Source: Thiotrichaceae bacterium (GTDB lineage: Bacteria > Pseudomonadota > Gammaproteobacteria > SZUA-140). From it: 64,000 bases of DNA. The translations under genes and the position numbers were made by a program. Positions 18,973 to 29,551 of the stretch are shown here, piece after piece. Location of the stretch: positions 47,845-111,844 of the forward strand of contig NVTY02000019.1 of the NCBI GenBank assembly GCA_002401765.2, written 5' to 3'. Under the pieces are notes generated by a model. That model had not been told where the DNA came from. It did no database searches and was given only the letters and a program-made list of their open reading frames with translations. The stretch's first letter is position 1. The number at the start of each line of letters is the position of its first letter.

Positions 18973-20715
18973 ATGATGCAAGGGCAGATCATTAGAAGTC
19001 AGGTCGCGTTACGCACCGCACTTTCATTGCAAACGTCTGTGCCGGACCGGCCGATGGGTGAAATTATTGTTGAAAAGCAAAAGCTCATTAGCCGAGTGCA
19101 GCTTGATTCACTGTTGCAGCAGCAGAAGGGCGGTATTAATAAGCGTCTTGGCGTCATGCTGGTAGATCAGGGCTTGCTGTCGCAAGAGCAGGTTTATGTT
19201 GCGCTGGCTGACAAATTTGGTATTCCCTATGTTCGTCTTGATGACTTTGAAATTCATAGCGATGTATTGAAATGTATTCCGGCTGAGGTTGCTTTTCGTT
19301 ACAACATTATGCCGTTGGTGGTATTGGGGCGGCGTTTGGTTGTTGCGATGGAAAACCCACTTGATTTAGGCAGTATTGAAGCGCTTACTTTTTCGATTAA
19401 CTTAAAACTAGAGGCCGTTATTTCACCGTTACGAGATATCGCTGTCGCTCAAAGTAAGTATTATAGCCGTTTTGATGAACATGAAGCACTTCAGGATCGC
19501 GCGCTTGCCCCGCTGCCGTATCATGTTACTAAGACAGACTCAATGCATATCATAGAGGCGCAGGCTAGAAAGAAGCCATTGGTCCGGTTGTTGAATGCGA
19601 TTGTATTACAGGGGATTGTCCGGAACGCATCTGATATTAATATCCGTCCCGGAAAGGATGGAATAAAGGTCTATTACCGCATTGATGGCCAGTTGCAATT
19701 TTCCCGTGCGATGGATAAATCACTGCTTCTCCCATTAATCTGTCGTATCAAGGTGTTGGCGTCGATGGATATTGCTGAAAGGCGGCTACCGCAGGATGGC
19801 CATGTGAGCCTGATGCGTGGTAAACGACATATTGATTTAAGGGTGTCAGTGATCCCGACGGTAGATGGGGAGAGTGTTGCTATCCGTATTCTTGATAAAG
19901 AGGTCGGGGTGAAAAATTTTTCCGACTTAGGGCTTGTGATGGCGCAACAGCAGAAAGTGTCTGCATTGATTGCGCGGCAGAGCGGTTTATTTTTAGTAGT
20001 AGGTCCTACAGGCTCAGGTAAAACAACAACGCTATACGCATTACTGAATGAAATTAAAAAAAAGAATGCACATATAGTGACGATTGAAGACCCGGTGGAA
20101 TATGAAATGGCCGGCATTGAGCAGGTTCAGGTGGCGGCATCACGTGAAATGGATTTTTCTATCGTACTGAGAAGTGTTCTACGGCATGACCCCGATGTGA
20201 TTATGGTGGGTGAAATTCGCGATAATGAAACCGCGGATATTGCTAATAAAGCGGCGTTAACAGGGCATTTTGTACTGAGTACATTGCATACGCATGATTG
20301 TGTTAGTACAGTATTTCGTTTGATTGATATGGGGATAAAGCCTTATCTATTGGCTGCCACCCTTAAAGGGGTGATGGCGCAGCGCCTGGTTAGATTGAAT
20401 TGTGAACATTGCGCGGTGCCAGTAAGCGTCTCTGCCGTGACTCGTGCGGCGCTGCATTTGGATGAGCAGGAATCGGTGTTATCTGGGAATGGCTGTAATG
20501 GGTGTAATCAAAGTGGTTTGCATGGGCGTACGTTGATCAGTGAGGTGTTAATGATTGATGATGCGATTGCTGGGCTAATCAATGACCGCGCGACTCATCG
20601 TCAGATGACTGAATGTGCGCTGAAGAGTGGTATGGTATCGATGCATGATGATCTGATTCGGTTGGTAAAGGCAGGCAAGGTCTCTGCTGACGAGGCGCTG
20701 GCTTATGATGTCTGA
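18973..20715 (+). CDS. GspE/PilB/MshE-family secretion-type AAA+ ATPase with an N-terminal T2SSE_N / MshEN-like domain
   Basis: Walker A GPTGSGKTTT, Walker B VIMVGEIRD, His box LSTLHT, tetracysteine CEHC...CNGC, N-terminal RLGVMLVDQGLLSQEQVYVALADKFGIPYV. A GGGAGAG SD lies upstream. Confidence 0.85.
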   Translation: MMQGQIIRSQVALRTALSLQTSVPDRPMGEIIVEKQKLISRVQLDSLLQQQKGGINKRLGVMLVDQGLLSQEQVYVALADKFGIPYVRLDDFEIHSDVLKCIPAEVAFRYNIMPLVVLGRRLVVAMENPLDLGSIEALTFSINLKLEAVISPLRDIAVAQSKYYSRFDEHEALQDRALAPLPYHVTKTDSMHIIEAQARKKPLVRLLNAIVLQGIVRNASDINIRPGKDGIKVYYRIDGQLQFSRAMDKSLLLPLICRIKVLASMDIAERRLPQDGHVSLMRGKRHIDLRVSVIPTVDGESVAIRILDKEVGVKNFSDLGLVMAQQQKVSALIARQSGLFLVVGPTGSGKTTTLYALLNEIKKKNAHIVTIEDPVEYEMAGIEQVQVAASREMDFSIVLRSVLRHDPDVIMVGEIRDNETADIANKAALTGHFVLSTLHTHDCVSTVFRLIDMGIKPYLLAATLKGVMAQRLVRLNCEHCAVPVSVSAVTRAALHLDEQESVLSGNGCNGCNQSGLHGRTLISEVLMIDDAIAGLINDRATHRQMTECALKSGMVSMHDDLIRLVKAGKVSADEALAYDV

Positions 20716-20775
20716 TGATACCTTTTGGTGTTTGGAACAGAGGCGTAGCTATTTTGCTATTGTACCAGTGCCATT

Positions 20776-23700
20776 TTGCATGGCGTTGTTAGTGTAGCGG
20801 GGAGTTTTGTGGTGGATACACAACAGTATTTAAAGTTAGGGCGCCCTCGCCGAAGTCTGTTTTATATTCTACTTATTGGTGTGATTTCTTCGGTAGTACT
20901 TTTTTCCTGGGTTCGCGATTGGGAGCAGCAGCGAGTTCAAGTGAGTTTTGAGGCGATGGCTGCATCTTATATCGCGGCTATTGATAGTGAAATTAGCCGT
21001 CATCAGGAGGCGATTAGTTCTGTTGCTAATTTTCATCAATCATTAGACGAGGCTAATCGAGCTGCTTTCCATGCTTTTGCCGCTGCTGTATTGCTAGAAC
21101 ATCGTGACATGCAGGCATTAGAGTGGGTGCCAAGGGTATTACATGTGGATCGCGAGGAATATGAGCTAAAGGCACGCCAGGCAGGTTTTGATGGGTTCCG
21201 TTTTACTGAGCGCAACGCCACTGGCAGCTTAGTGCTGGCATCAAAGCGTGATGAATATTTCCCTGTTTACTATGTTGCCCCCTATGAAAGTAATGAACGA
21301 GCCCTAGGGTTTGACTTGGCATCTGACCCGGTCAGGAGAGCGGCCCTTATGCAGGCACGCGACAGTGGTGAAATTGTTGTCAGTGGGCGAATACGTTTAG
21401 TGCAAGATGATAACAGTGATCAGTATAGCTACTTGATGTTTAAGCCGGTGTACAGCGGGGCTCTTCCTGTGACGGTAGAGACACGTCGTGTTCAATTGCA
21501 GGGTTATGCACTAGGGGTCTTTAAGTTTGGTGAGTTTATTGATGAAGCGCTGCATGATTCATCTCATGATTCATTGGACCTCTGGATTTATGATCAAGTG
21601 GATCCAACTGTAAAAGAGTTACTCTATTTTAGAGAGAATACTAAGGAGGAAAAGGTGCTGTCCCGCATTTCATCATCCGTAACGGGCAATGAAATGGTGT
21701 TGGAGTTTGTGTTAAATCAAAATGGACGTTCTTGGCAATTTATCTTTAAGCCATCCGTTCGTTTTTTAAATGAACTCTCCTCGGAAAGAGGCTGGCTAGT
21801 GTTGGTTGTTGGCATGGTGATGACTCTTTTTGCCATTATATTCTTATATCGTCGTGAGCGTTATACCCAGATGATCGAACAGAACTCACGGCTTTTAGCG
21901 CAAGAGAGAAATGAATCTGAACAGCGTTATTTACAGTTATTTGAGAGCAATAATGATGCACTATTTGTGGTGGAGATAAATGAGGAATCAGGGCCTGGAA
22001 AATTTATTGATGTGAATGAAGCGATGTGTCAGCGCTTAGGGTATAGCAAAGAAGAATTATTGCAGATGACGCCAGTTGATATCAATATTCCTAGTATGGA
22101 GGCCGAATTACAGGCATGTGTTGCTGATGTGCTGGCACATAAAGGCCACCTGTTTGAAACAGTGCATATTGCCAGGGATGGTCGAGAAATTTCTGTTGAG
22201 ATCAATATTAGAGTGCTGGGCGGAAATAATGATTCACTATTTATCGGTTGTGCCCGCGATGTAACTCAGCGTCGTAAAGCACATGCGGCACAAATTGAAG
22301 CAAAAGAGTGGGAGATGGAAAAGCTTTCAAGCGCACTGGAGCAGACGGCAGATTCTATAATGATCACCGACCGCTATGGTGTTATCGAATATGTTAACCC
22401 TGCTTTTGAGCAGATTACTGGATTTAGCCGGGCTGAGGCGAGCGGTAAAACACCCGCTATTATTAAGTCAGGGCGGAATTCGAGTGAAGAATATAAGCGC
22501 TTATGGCGAACCATTATGCAGGGTGAGGTTTATCGAAATGTCTTAATTAATCGAAAAAAAGATGGCTCTTTATATTACGAAGAGAAGACTATTTCTCCGC
22601 TCAAGGATAGCGATGGCAATATCACCCACTTTATTTCGTCGGGTAAAGATATAACCGAACGTATGCAGACTGAAGAACGTCTTCATCACCTTGCTTACCA
22701 TGATATTTTGACCGACCTTCCCAATCGGGTGCTGCTTGTTGAGCGAATCAGTAACGCGATTAAGCAGTCGCGTGGTGCGGATCATCGTTGTGCAGTGTTG
22801 TTTATTGATCTTGACCGTTTTAAAAATATTAATGATACGCTGGGGCATGGGGTTGGTGATCTGTTGCTGCAGGCAGTTCCTGAGCGTTTGCTGAGTTGCG
22901 TGCGCGAAAGAGATACGGTGGCGCGTTTTGGTGGCGATGAGTTTGCACTGTTATTGGAGAAGGTGCCCAGTAGCGATGCCGTTGCAAAAGTCGCAGCTAA
23001 GTTGATAGAGGTGTTATCAAAGCCATACTGGGTCGACAATCAAGAACTATATTTAACAGCGAGCATTGGGATTAGTCTGTCACCTGATGATAGCTCCGAT
23101 GCCAATACGTTGATTAAAAATGCGGATACTGCGATGTATCGTGCTAAAGACACTGGGCGTAATAACTATCAGTTTTATTCGACTGATATGGGAGTGAGGG
23201 CCTTTGAGCGCCTTTCCCTTGAAACCAGTTTGCGTTACGCGATGGCACGTGATGAATTTGAGCTTTTTTATCAGCCTCAGATTGCAATGAAAAGTGGTGA
23301 AATAGTCGGTGCTGAGGCGCTGATTCGCTGGCATCACCCAGAGCAGGGCTTGGTAGCACCTGATAAATTTATACCCCTGTTAGAAGACACGGGTTTAATT
23401 ATTGATGTAGGAGAGTGGGTGATCAATACCGCATGCAAACAGGGAAGTGCGGTGGTCAAGTTGACTGGCAACCCCTTTAGAATGGCGATAAACCTTTCGG
23501 GTAAGCAGTTTCGAGATGAAAAATTAATTGATATTGTTAGGCAGGCTGTTGAGGTTCATCAGTTCGCTGTCTCGCTGCTTGATATTGAAATTACTGAAAC
23601 GGTTTTGATGCAGGACGATAACGTTTCGCTAGCAAATATCAGTGCATTAAAGGCATTAGGTGTGCAGTTATCGATTGATGATTTTGGTACGGGTTATTCC

Positions 23701-23985
23701 TCACTTAGTTATCTAAAACGATTTCCAGTGGATATCATCAAAATTGATCGAACGTTTATTCGTGATTTGACGAGTGATTCTGAAGATGCAGCCATCGTGA
23801 CCGCGGTGATTGCGATGGCGCATAGTCTAAAATTAGAGGTTGTGGCAGAGGGGGTGGAGAACAGTGCTCAGGTGGAGTTCCTCCGCCATTATGCATGTGA
23901 TTACCTGCAGGGTTTTTTCTTTAGTAAGCCGCTACCGGAAAAAGAATTTCATCAATTATTGATGTCTGATAAAAACGGGTCTTAA
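20776..23985 (+). CDS. Membrane sensor protein CHASE-TM-PAS-PAS-GGDEF-EAL (c-di-GMP turnover)
   Basis: CHASE block (ALEWVPRV...EYFPVYYVAPYESNERALGFDLASDPVRRAAL), two PAS regions, GGDEF with an RERD I-site, and EAL (EALIRW, DDFGTGYSSL). The start is uncertain: TTG 20776 or GTG about 20809 behind a GGGGAG SD. Confidence 0.85.
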   Translation: MHGVVSVAGSFVVDTQQYLKLGRPRRSLFYILLIGVISSVVLFSWVRDWEQQRVQVSFEAMAASYIAAIDSEISRHQEAISSVANFHQSLDEANRAAFHAFAAAVLLEHRDMQALEWVPRVLHVDREEYELKARQAGFDGFRFTERNATGSLVLASKRDEYFPVYYVAPYESNERALGFDLASDPVRRAALMQARDSGEIVVSGRIRLVQDDNSDQYSYLMFKPVYSGALPVTVETRRVQLQGYALGVFKFGEFIDEALHDSSHDSLDLWIYDQVDPTVKELLYFRENTKEEKVLSRISSSVTGNEMVLEFVLNQNGRSWQFIFKPSVRFLNELSSERGWLVLVVGMVMTLFAIIFLYRRERYTQMIEQNSRLLAQERNESEQRYLQLFESNNDALFVVEINEESGPGKFIDVNEAMCQRLGYSKEELLQMTPVDINIPSMEAELQACVADVLAHKGHLFETVHIARDGREISVEINIRVLGGNNDSLFIGCARDVTQRRKAHAAQIEAKEWEMEKLSSALEQTADSIMITDRYGVIEYVNPAFEQITGFSRAEASGKTPAIIKSGRNSSEEYKRLWRTIMQGEVYRNVLINRKKDGSLYYEEKTISPLKDSDGNITHFISSGKDITERMQTEERLHHLAYHDILTDLPNRVLLVERISNAIKQSRGADHRCAVLFIDLDRFKNINDTLGHGVGDLLLQAVPERLLSCVRERDTVARFGGDEFALLLEKVPSSDAVAKVAAKLIEVLSKPYWVDNQELYLTASIGISLSPDDSSDANTLIKNADTAMYRAKDTGRNNYQFYSTDMGVRAFERLSLETSLRYAMARDEFELFYQPQIAMKSGEIVGAEALIRWHHPEQGLVAPDKFIPLLEDTGLIIDVGEWVINTACKQGSAVVKLTGNPFRMAINLSGKQFRDEKLIDIVRQAVEVHQFAVSLLDIEITETVLMQDDNVSLANISALKALGVQLSIDDFGTGYSSLSYLKRFPVDIIKIDRTFIRDLTSDSEDAAIVTAVIAMAHSLKLEVVAEGVENSAQVEFLRHYACDYLQGFFFSKPLPEKEFHQLLMSDKNGS

Positions 23986-24005
23986 TTCGATAGTGGTGCA
24001 GCTTG

Positions 24006-24710
24006 CTAATTTGAAGCGGCGCGTAGTGGCATGCTTTCATCTGGCGCGGGTATGTGAGGGAGATTCTCTCCAATCCACTTAACGAGAGGAGCCCATTCAA
24101 TTCGTTCGTTGGTGACGAGAGAGGCTTCCATTTCATGGATGCCAATGCCTGCGGCTGAGGCCTCAATATAATTCTCACTATCGCTCAGCGCCGTTAAAAA
24201 AGGGATGTCGAGTAATTCAAGAAACTGCTCCAATGGCTGGTAGATTGGGGTGTTCTGTCTCACTCGGTTGGCAATAACACTGATGGGTATACCTCTGGCG
24301 CGGGTTTTAATGATGAGCATTAGTTCGCGTATAAATGCCGCTGTCGCATGAATATCGACTGCAGACGGTGCAACTGGGATGATAATCATGTCCGCGCGGT
24401 CAACCGCTTCACGTAGCAGGTCTCTGCTAATGCCCGCGGGTGTGTCGATGATGACACGCTCGGTATCTGCGGGAGTTTTTAATTGAAAAGCGCGGGTGAT
24501 GCCTGTTCGTTTGTGACTAGCATCGATGAGATAGATGGCGGGTCGGTTACTGTTTTCTCTGAGTGCCCCCCAGTAGTGGCTTGAGCCTTGTGGGTCATAA
24601 TCGAGGATAGCTGTTTTGAAGCCAGCTGAAGCGTAAAGCGATGCAAGATTAGTTGCAATGGTTGTTTTACCACAGCCACCTTTTGCGTTAAGTAATAATA
24701 CTGATTGCAT
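24006..24710 (-). CDS. ParA/MinD-family P-loop ATPase (orphan)
   Basis: Deviant Walker A NAKGGCGKTT, DYDPQGS, and the IIDTPAG Walker B region. No parB-like partner next to it. Confidence 0.8.
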   Translation of the reverse strand: MQSVLLLNAKGGCGKTTIATNLASLYASAGFKTAILDYDPQGSSHYWGALRENSNRPAIYLIDASHKRTGITRAFQLKTPADTERVIIDTPAGISRDLLREAVDRADMIIIPVAPSAVDIHATAAFIRELMLIIKTRARGIPISVIANRVRQNTPIYQPLEQFLELLDIPFLTALSDSENYIEASAAGIGIHEMEASLVTNERIEWAPLVKWIGENLPHIPAPDESMPLRAASN

Positions 24711-25020
24711 AACTTTACCCTTCAAACTCCTACTTACCTTAAATATAGCGCCATAATTACTGATAAATGTAATGGTTTTTCACTTTTTATGTTGTGAGGC
24801 GCATCACGATTGAGGTATTACCACCTACTGACGGCCTTTTAATGGCGCCAGTTATTTGTCGGGTCGCTTAGTTTGCTCTTAATATTTTGATTTATTTAAC
24901 TTTATTTCTCATGTGATTTTTGTAAAAAATGATTTCAAGCCGATGCGCAGCGTCTTTCGAAGCCAGTGTGGCCCGAGCCATTATCGCTATGAAAGGCTTT
25001 AAAAAATGCTCTGATGGTGT

Positions 25021-26991
25021 CTATTCTCGCTGTAACTCAGGCAGCCCTTTGAAGCAATTAAGCGCCTCGGGGTTAGCAATTGCGCTGATGTTAAGCACCG
25101 CTTCATTATGGATGACATTACGCACCGCAAGCTCAACAATCTTGCCACTGCGAGTGCGTGGAATATCATCCACTGCAATGATTTTAGCTGGCACATGACG
25201 CGGCGTTGTGCTTTGCCGGATACGTCTCTTAAGCTGGGTGATAAGCGCCTCGTCGAGTTGGTAGCCTTTCTGGAGTTTTACAAATAGTATGATGCGTATG
25301 TCATCTTTCCACTGCTGGCCAACCGCGATGCTCTCTGTAATTGCCGGCTGTTTTTCTACCTGACGATAGATCTCTGCGGTGCCGATACGCACGCCACCAG
25401 GGTTCAGTAGCGCATCAGAGCGCCCGTAGATAATGACGCCGTCATGTGCTGTAATTTCAGCATAGTCACCATGGGCCCAGGTATTTTCGAAACGTTCAAA
25501 GTAGGCCTCATGGTATTTTTTATTGTTATCATCGCCCCAAAAACAGAGCGGCATGGGTGGCGCGGGTGCAGTGCAGACCAGTTCGCCTTTTCGGTTTTTG
25601 ACGGCCTTACCTGATTCATCGAAGACTTCAACTTTCATGCCCAGACCGCGGCACTGAAGTTCACCGCGGTAGACCGGCAGTAGCGGATTGCCAAGCGCAA
25701 AGCAGGAGACAATGTCAGTGCCGCCAGAGATCGATGAGAGTTGTAGGTCTGAGCCGATCTCACGGTAGACATAGTCATACGACTCAGGTGCCAGTGGTGA
25801 GCCGGTCGATAGTACGGTGCGCAGTTTACTGAGTGGGTGATTGGCATTGGGTTTGATACCTGCTTTTTCCAGTGCCGAGAAGTATTTCGCACTCGCGCCA
25901 AAGATGGTAATGCCTTCTTTCTCAGCGATATCAAACAGGGTCTCTGGTGATGGATGAAAAGGGGAGCCATCGTATAGAACCAGTGTGGCTCCTGTTGCAA
26001 GCGAACTCACTAGCCAGTTCCACATCATCCAGCCGCACGTGGTGAAGTAGAAGATCACATCCTTGTTTTTCAAATCGGTGTGCAGCACCAGCTCTTTGAG
26101 GTGCTGTATCAGCGTGCCGCCTGCGCTATGTACAATGCACTTTGGTTTTCCAGTGGTACCTGATGAGTAGAGAATGTAGAGCGGGTGGTCGAATGGCAAT
26201 TGTTCAAAGTGGATCTCTTCGCAATCTGTTTCTACAAAGCTGTGATAGTGAATGGCGTTGGGCAGTGCGTTTAAATCTGGTTGCTGGTTTAGATAAGGGA
26301 TAACGATGACCTGATTAATGCTTGAAATGTGCTGGGAAATTTCAGCAACGCGTGCCAATGAATCATGCTGTTTACCTTTAAACCAGTAGCCATCACAGCA
26401 GAAAAGTAGCTTGGGTTCAATCTGCTCAAAGCGCTCAATGGCACCATCGACACCAAAATCGGGTGAGCATGATGACCAAATAGCGCCCAATGAGGTGGTG
26501 GCTAACATAGCGACAACTGCCTCTGGGCGATTAGGGAGGAAGCCCGCGATGCGATCACCACTAGTCACGCCCTGTTCGCGCATCGCAGCGGCAAGATGGG
26601 CAACGGCAGAATAGAGTTCGCGATAGCTAAGTTCACAGCGGTTTTTATCTTCACCCTGAAATATCAGCGCGGCTTTGTGCTGTAGTGGCCCATGGCAATG
26701 TCGTAGCAGGTTTTCAGCAAAGTTAAGGCGCGCGCCCTCAAACCACTTCGTGCCGGGCATGGCGTTATTATCTATCACACGATGCCATCGTTGGCTTGCT
26801 TTAATCGCAGTGAAATCCCATACGGCAGGCCAGAACTGTTCCGGGGAATCGATTGACCATTGATATAGCTCGTTATAATGCTTTACCTCTATCTTATACT
26901 TAAGACGTACCGCTTTTATAAATTGGTTGAGATTGGCATTGGCAATGCGCTTAGCTGAAGGGGTCCAGATCGGTTGTGATTCGGTTGGCAT
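25021..26991 (-). CDS. Acetoacetyl-CoA synthetase (acetoacetate--CoA ligase)
   Basis: 656 aa. AMP-binding motifs YSSGTTGKPKCIVHS and the SGKI C-terminal lysine region. The N-terminal IWTPS...I.N.NL..F pattern is typical of AACS. Confidence 0.85.
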   Translation of the reverse strand: MPTESQPIWTPSAKRIANANLNQFIKAVRLKYKIEVKHYNELYQWSIDSPEQFWPAVWDFTAIKASQRWHRVIDNNAMPGTKWFEGARLNFAENLLRHCHGPLQHKAALIFQGEDKNRCELSYRELYSAVAHLAAAMREQGVTSGDRIAGFLPNRPEAVVAMLATTSLGAIWSSCSPDFGVDGAIERFEQIEPKLLFCCDGYWFKGKQHDSLARVAEISQHISSINQVIVIPYLNQQPDLNALPNAIHYHSFVETDCEEIHFEQLPFDHPLYILYSSGTTGKPKCIVHSAGGTLIQHLKELVLHTDLKNKDVIFYFTTCGWMMWNWLVSSLATGATLVLYDGSPFHPSPETLFDIAEKEGITIFGASAKYFSALEKAGIKPNANHPLSKLRTVLSTGSPLAPESYDYVYREIGSDLQLSSISGGTDIVSCFALGNPLLPVYRGELQCRGLGMKVEVFDESGKAVKNRKGELVCTAPAPPMPLCFWGDDNNKKYHEAYFERFENTWAHGDYAEITAHDGVIIYGRSDALLNPGGVRIGTAEIYRQVEKQPAITESIAVGQQWKDDIRIILFVKLQKGYQLDEALITQLKRRIRQSTTPRHVPAKIIAVDDIPRTRSGKIVELAVRNVIHNEAVLNISAIANPEALNCFKGLPELQRE

Positions 26992-27009
26992 GGGTGAGCG
27001 GGGTGGGCG

Positions 27010-27780
27010 TTACTTTTGTCCCATGCGCAGCGCACCATCAAGCCGAATGGTGGAGCCATTTAACATCGGGTTCTCGACGATATGTTGTACTAGGGCGGCA
27101 AATTCATTGGCTTGTCCCAGTCGCTTGGGGTAGGGAGTGTTGCTGCTAAGTGCTTCACGAGCTGCCAGCGGAAGTGCATCAAACATCGGGGTTTCGAAGA
27201 GCCCGGGTGCGATCGACATGACACGAATACCGAGTCGTGAAAATTCACGCGCAAGTGGCAATGTCATGCTGACAATGCCACCTTTGGACGCCGCATAAGC
27301 GGCCTGGCCGATTTGGCCTTCAAAGGCAGCGATCGATGCGGTATTAATCAACACCCCTCTTTCATTATCTCTGCCCATAGCCGTGTTGTGTTGCATAAAA
27401 TTCACGGCGGCACGGCAGACGGTAAAACTGCCATTAAGATTGATCTCGATGACCTGCTGGAATTCAGCGTGATTGATGAGACCATCACGAGTCAGGACGC
27501 GACTGCTTGGAGCAATGCCGGCACAGTTAACGACAAGCTGGATATCACCTAGTTTGGAATGAGCTTCTTGCAGCGCTGCATCAACAGCTGTTTCAGAGGT
27601 GACATCCGTTGCGATGAAGTACGCCCGTTCACCTAGCAAAATCAGTTCTTCAGCGCAACGTTCGCAATCTAGATCCAGAATAACTGTTGCGCCACCTGCT
27701 GCGATGATACGCTGTGTTACGGCAAGTCCAAGCCCAGAGGCACCGCCAGTCACAATTGCGTTAAGTTGTTTAAATTCCAT
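27010..27780 (-). CDS. SDR-family 3-hydroxyacyl-CoA dehydrogenase (HSD17B10 / type II HADH-like)
   Basis: TGGASGLG cofactor motif, NCAGI, and the YAASK catalytic tetrad region. About 256 aa. Confidence 0.8.
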   Translation of the reverse strand: MEFKQLNAIVTGGASGLGLAVTQRIIAAGGATVILDLDCERCAEELILLGERAYFIATDVTSETAVDAALQEAHSKLGDIQLVVNCAGIAPSSRVLTRDGLINHAEFQQVIEINLNGSFTVCRAAVNFMQHNTAMGRDNERGVLINTASIAAFEGQIGQAAYAASKGGIVSMTLPLAREFSRLGIRVMSIAPGLFETPMFDALPLAAREALSSNTPYPKRLGQANEFAALVQHIVENPMLNGSTIRLDGALRMGQK

Positions 27781-27801
27781 GGTCTATTCTCATTTTATGC
27801 T

Positions 27802-28698
27802 TTAACGATAGAGTTTTCCTACATGGCTACTATTAATACGATTGAGCTGCTGGCAGATCATATTGCCCGTTTCACTTAAGGCACGTAGATCAACGCCGGT
27901 TTCAATACCCATCCCATGTAGCATATAAATGACATCTTCAGTCGCTATATTGCCACTGCTTCCATCTGTATAGGGGCAGCCACCCAGGCCAGCCACTGCC
28001 GCATCGATGGTGGTAATACCGAGCTCAAGGCAGGCGTAGATGTTAGCAAGCGCTTGTCCTCTGGTGTTGTGAAAGTGGATCGCTAGCTGTTCGATTGCGA
28101 CCTGTTTGCTAACGGCCTGAATTAGTCGTTGTGCCTGTAATGGGGTGCCGATACCGATGGTGTCTCCTAGCGAAACCTCATAGCACCCCAGTTCAATCAG
28201 GCGGCGTGCAATGGTGGCAACCACCATCGGTTTGACTTTGCCGTCAAATGGGCAGCCCATTACACATGAGAGGTAGGCGCGTACTTCAATTCCATTATCA
28301 CGTGCGATTGCCATTACAGGATCAAAATGAGTGAATGATTGTTCAATCGAGCAGTTAAGGTTTTTATGGTTAAAACCTTCGCTGGCAGAAATGAAGATAG
28401 CCACGCTTTTAGCGCCTGCTTCAAGCGCACGTTGCATCCCTTTCTCATTAGGGACCAGTACCGGGTATTTTATCCCTGGACGCTGATGGATTCCCTTGAT
28501 CACCTCTTCTGAATTAGCCATCTGGGGGAGCCATTCCGGGTTGACCATACTGCCGCTTTCAATCACCGCTAGGCCGCAGCATGAGAGCTGGTTAATGAAA
28601 TCTATTTTCACCTGGGCAGAAAGATGCTGCGCCTCATTCTGTAGCCCGTCGCGCGGGCCAACCTCAACAATGGTGACGTTTGATGGTAGTGAATTCAT
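27802..28698 (-). CDS. Hydroxymethylglutaryl-CoA lyase
   Basis: VTIVEVGPRDGLQNE start, HFHNTRGQALAN, and GLGGCPY motifs. Start is either ATG 28698 or the upstream TTG at 28761. Confidence 0.85.
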   Translation of the reverse strand: MNSLPSNVTIVEVGPRDGLQNEAQHLSAQVKIDFINQLSCCGLAVIESGSMVNPEWLPQMANSEEVIKGIHQRPGIKYPVLVPNEKGMQRALEAGAKSVAIFISASEGFNHKNLNCSIEQSFTHFDPVMAIARDNGIEVRAYLSCVMGCPFDGKVKPMVVATIARRLIELGCYEVSLGDTIGIGTPLQAQRLIQAVSKQVAIEQLAIHFHNTRGQALANIYACLELGITTIDAAVAGLGGCPYTDGSSGNIATEDVIYMLHGMGIETGVDLRALSETGNMICQQLNRINSSHVGKLYR

Positions 28699-28723
28699 AG
28701 TGGAGATAGCAATCTTATTTGGT

Positions 28724-29509
28724 TTAATGGGTGGTGGCCCATGAGGGAAGGCGTTTTTCAAAAAAGGCGCTCATTCCTTCCTGGCCTTCCTTTGAAGCTC
28801 GTAGCTGTGCAATCAAGCGGGCAGATGATTCGTCACTAAAGTCGGGGCTTAGTGATCGAATCAGGCACTTACACGCCTGCACTGATAATGGCCCTGCTTT
28901 GAGCAGCTTCTCAGTGGCGTGATTAATGGTTTTATCAAGCTCGCTGTTATCACATACTTGGTGAACAAGGTCTATTTTTATTGCCTCGTCGCTACTAAAG
29001 CGTTCGGCACTCAGAAAGAGTCGGCGCGCGTGGCGCTCGCCAATCGCCTTGATAATATAGGGAGCGATGACGGCAGGCACCAGGCCTAAACGCAGCTCGG
29101 TAAAGGCAAACTGGGCACTGCGTACGGCAATGGCGATGTCGCAGCAGGCAATCAACCCCAGTGCCCCTCCAAAGGCACTGCCATTAATACGCGCTACGGT
29201 TGGTTTGTCGTATTCGTAGAGTGCCCGCATTAATTTTGCGAGTGCCTCGGAATCTTTTTGATTCGTCACTTCGTCACGTTGCGCGGCTGCCTTCATCCAT
29301 TTGAGGTCGGCACCGCTGGAAAAAGTATCCCCCTTGCCCGAGAGTACTAGAATACGGATGGCATCATCTTTTTCAATTTCACTGAGCGTGGTATGTAATG
29401 ATGCAATCAATTTATCATCGAAGGCATTGTGCTTCTCAGGATTGTTTAATGAAAGTGTACAGACGCCGCGTGAATCGGTCTCAGTCGTTAGTCGTTCTTC
29501 TTGCGCCAT
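28724..29509 (-). CDS. Enoyl-CoA hydratase (methylglutaconyl-CoA hydratase-like, crotonase fold)
   Basis: Crotonase signatures: NNPEKHNAFD, GKGDTFSSGADLKWM, INGSAFGGALGLIACCD. ATG 29509 is preceded by a GGAGAG SD. Confidence 0.8.
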   Translation of the reverse strand: MAQEERLTTETDSRGVCTLSLNNPEKHNAFDDKLIASLHTTLSEIEKDDAIRILVLSGKGDTFSSGADLKWMKAAAQRDEVTNQKDSEALAKLMRALYEYDKPTVARINGSAFGGALGLIACCDIAIAVRSAQFAFTELRLGLVPAVIAPYIIKAIGERHARRLFLSAERFSSDEAIKIDLVHQVCDNSELDKTINHATEKLLKAGPLSVQACKCLIRSLSPDFSDESSARLIAQLRASKEGQEGMSAFFEKRLPSWATTH

Positions 29510-29551
29510 GCTTGCTCTCCTTAATGGTAATAACACGTGAACCAGGTGTTA

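Noticed and set aside
24929-25198. 89 aa plus-strand ORF upstream of and overlapping the acetoacetyl-CoA synthetase 3' end
   Set aside because: Antisense overlap with a strong CDS. No SD and no family.
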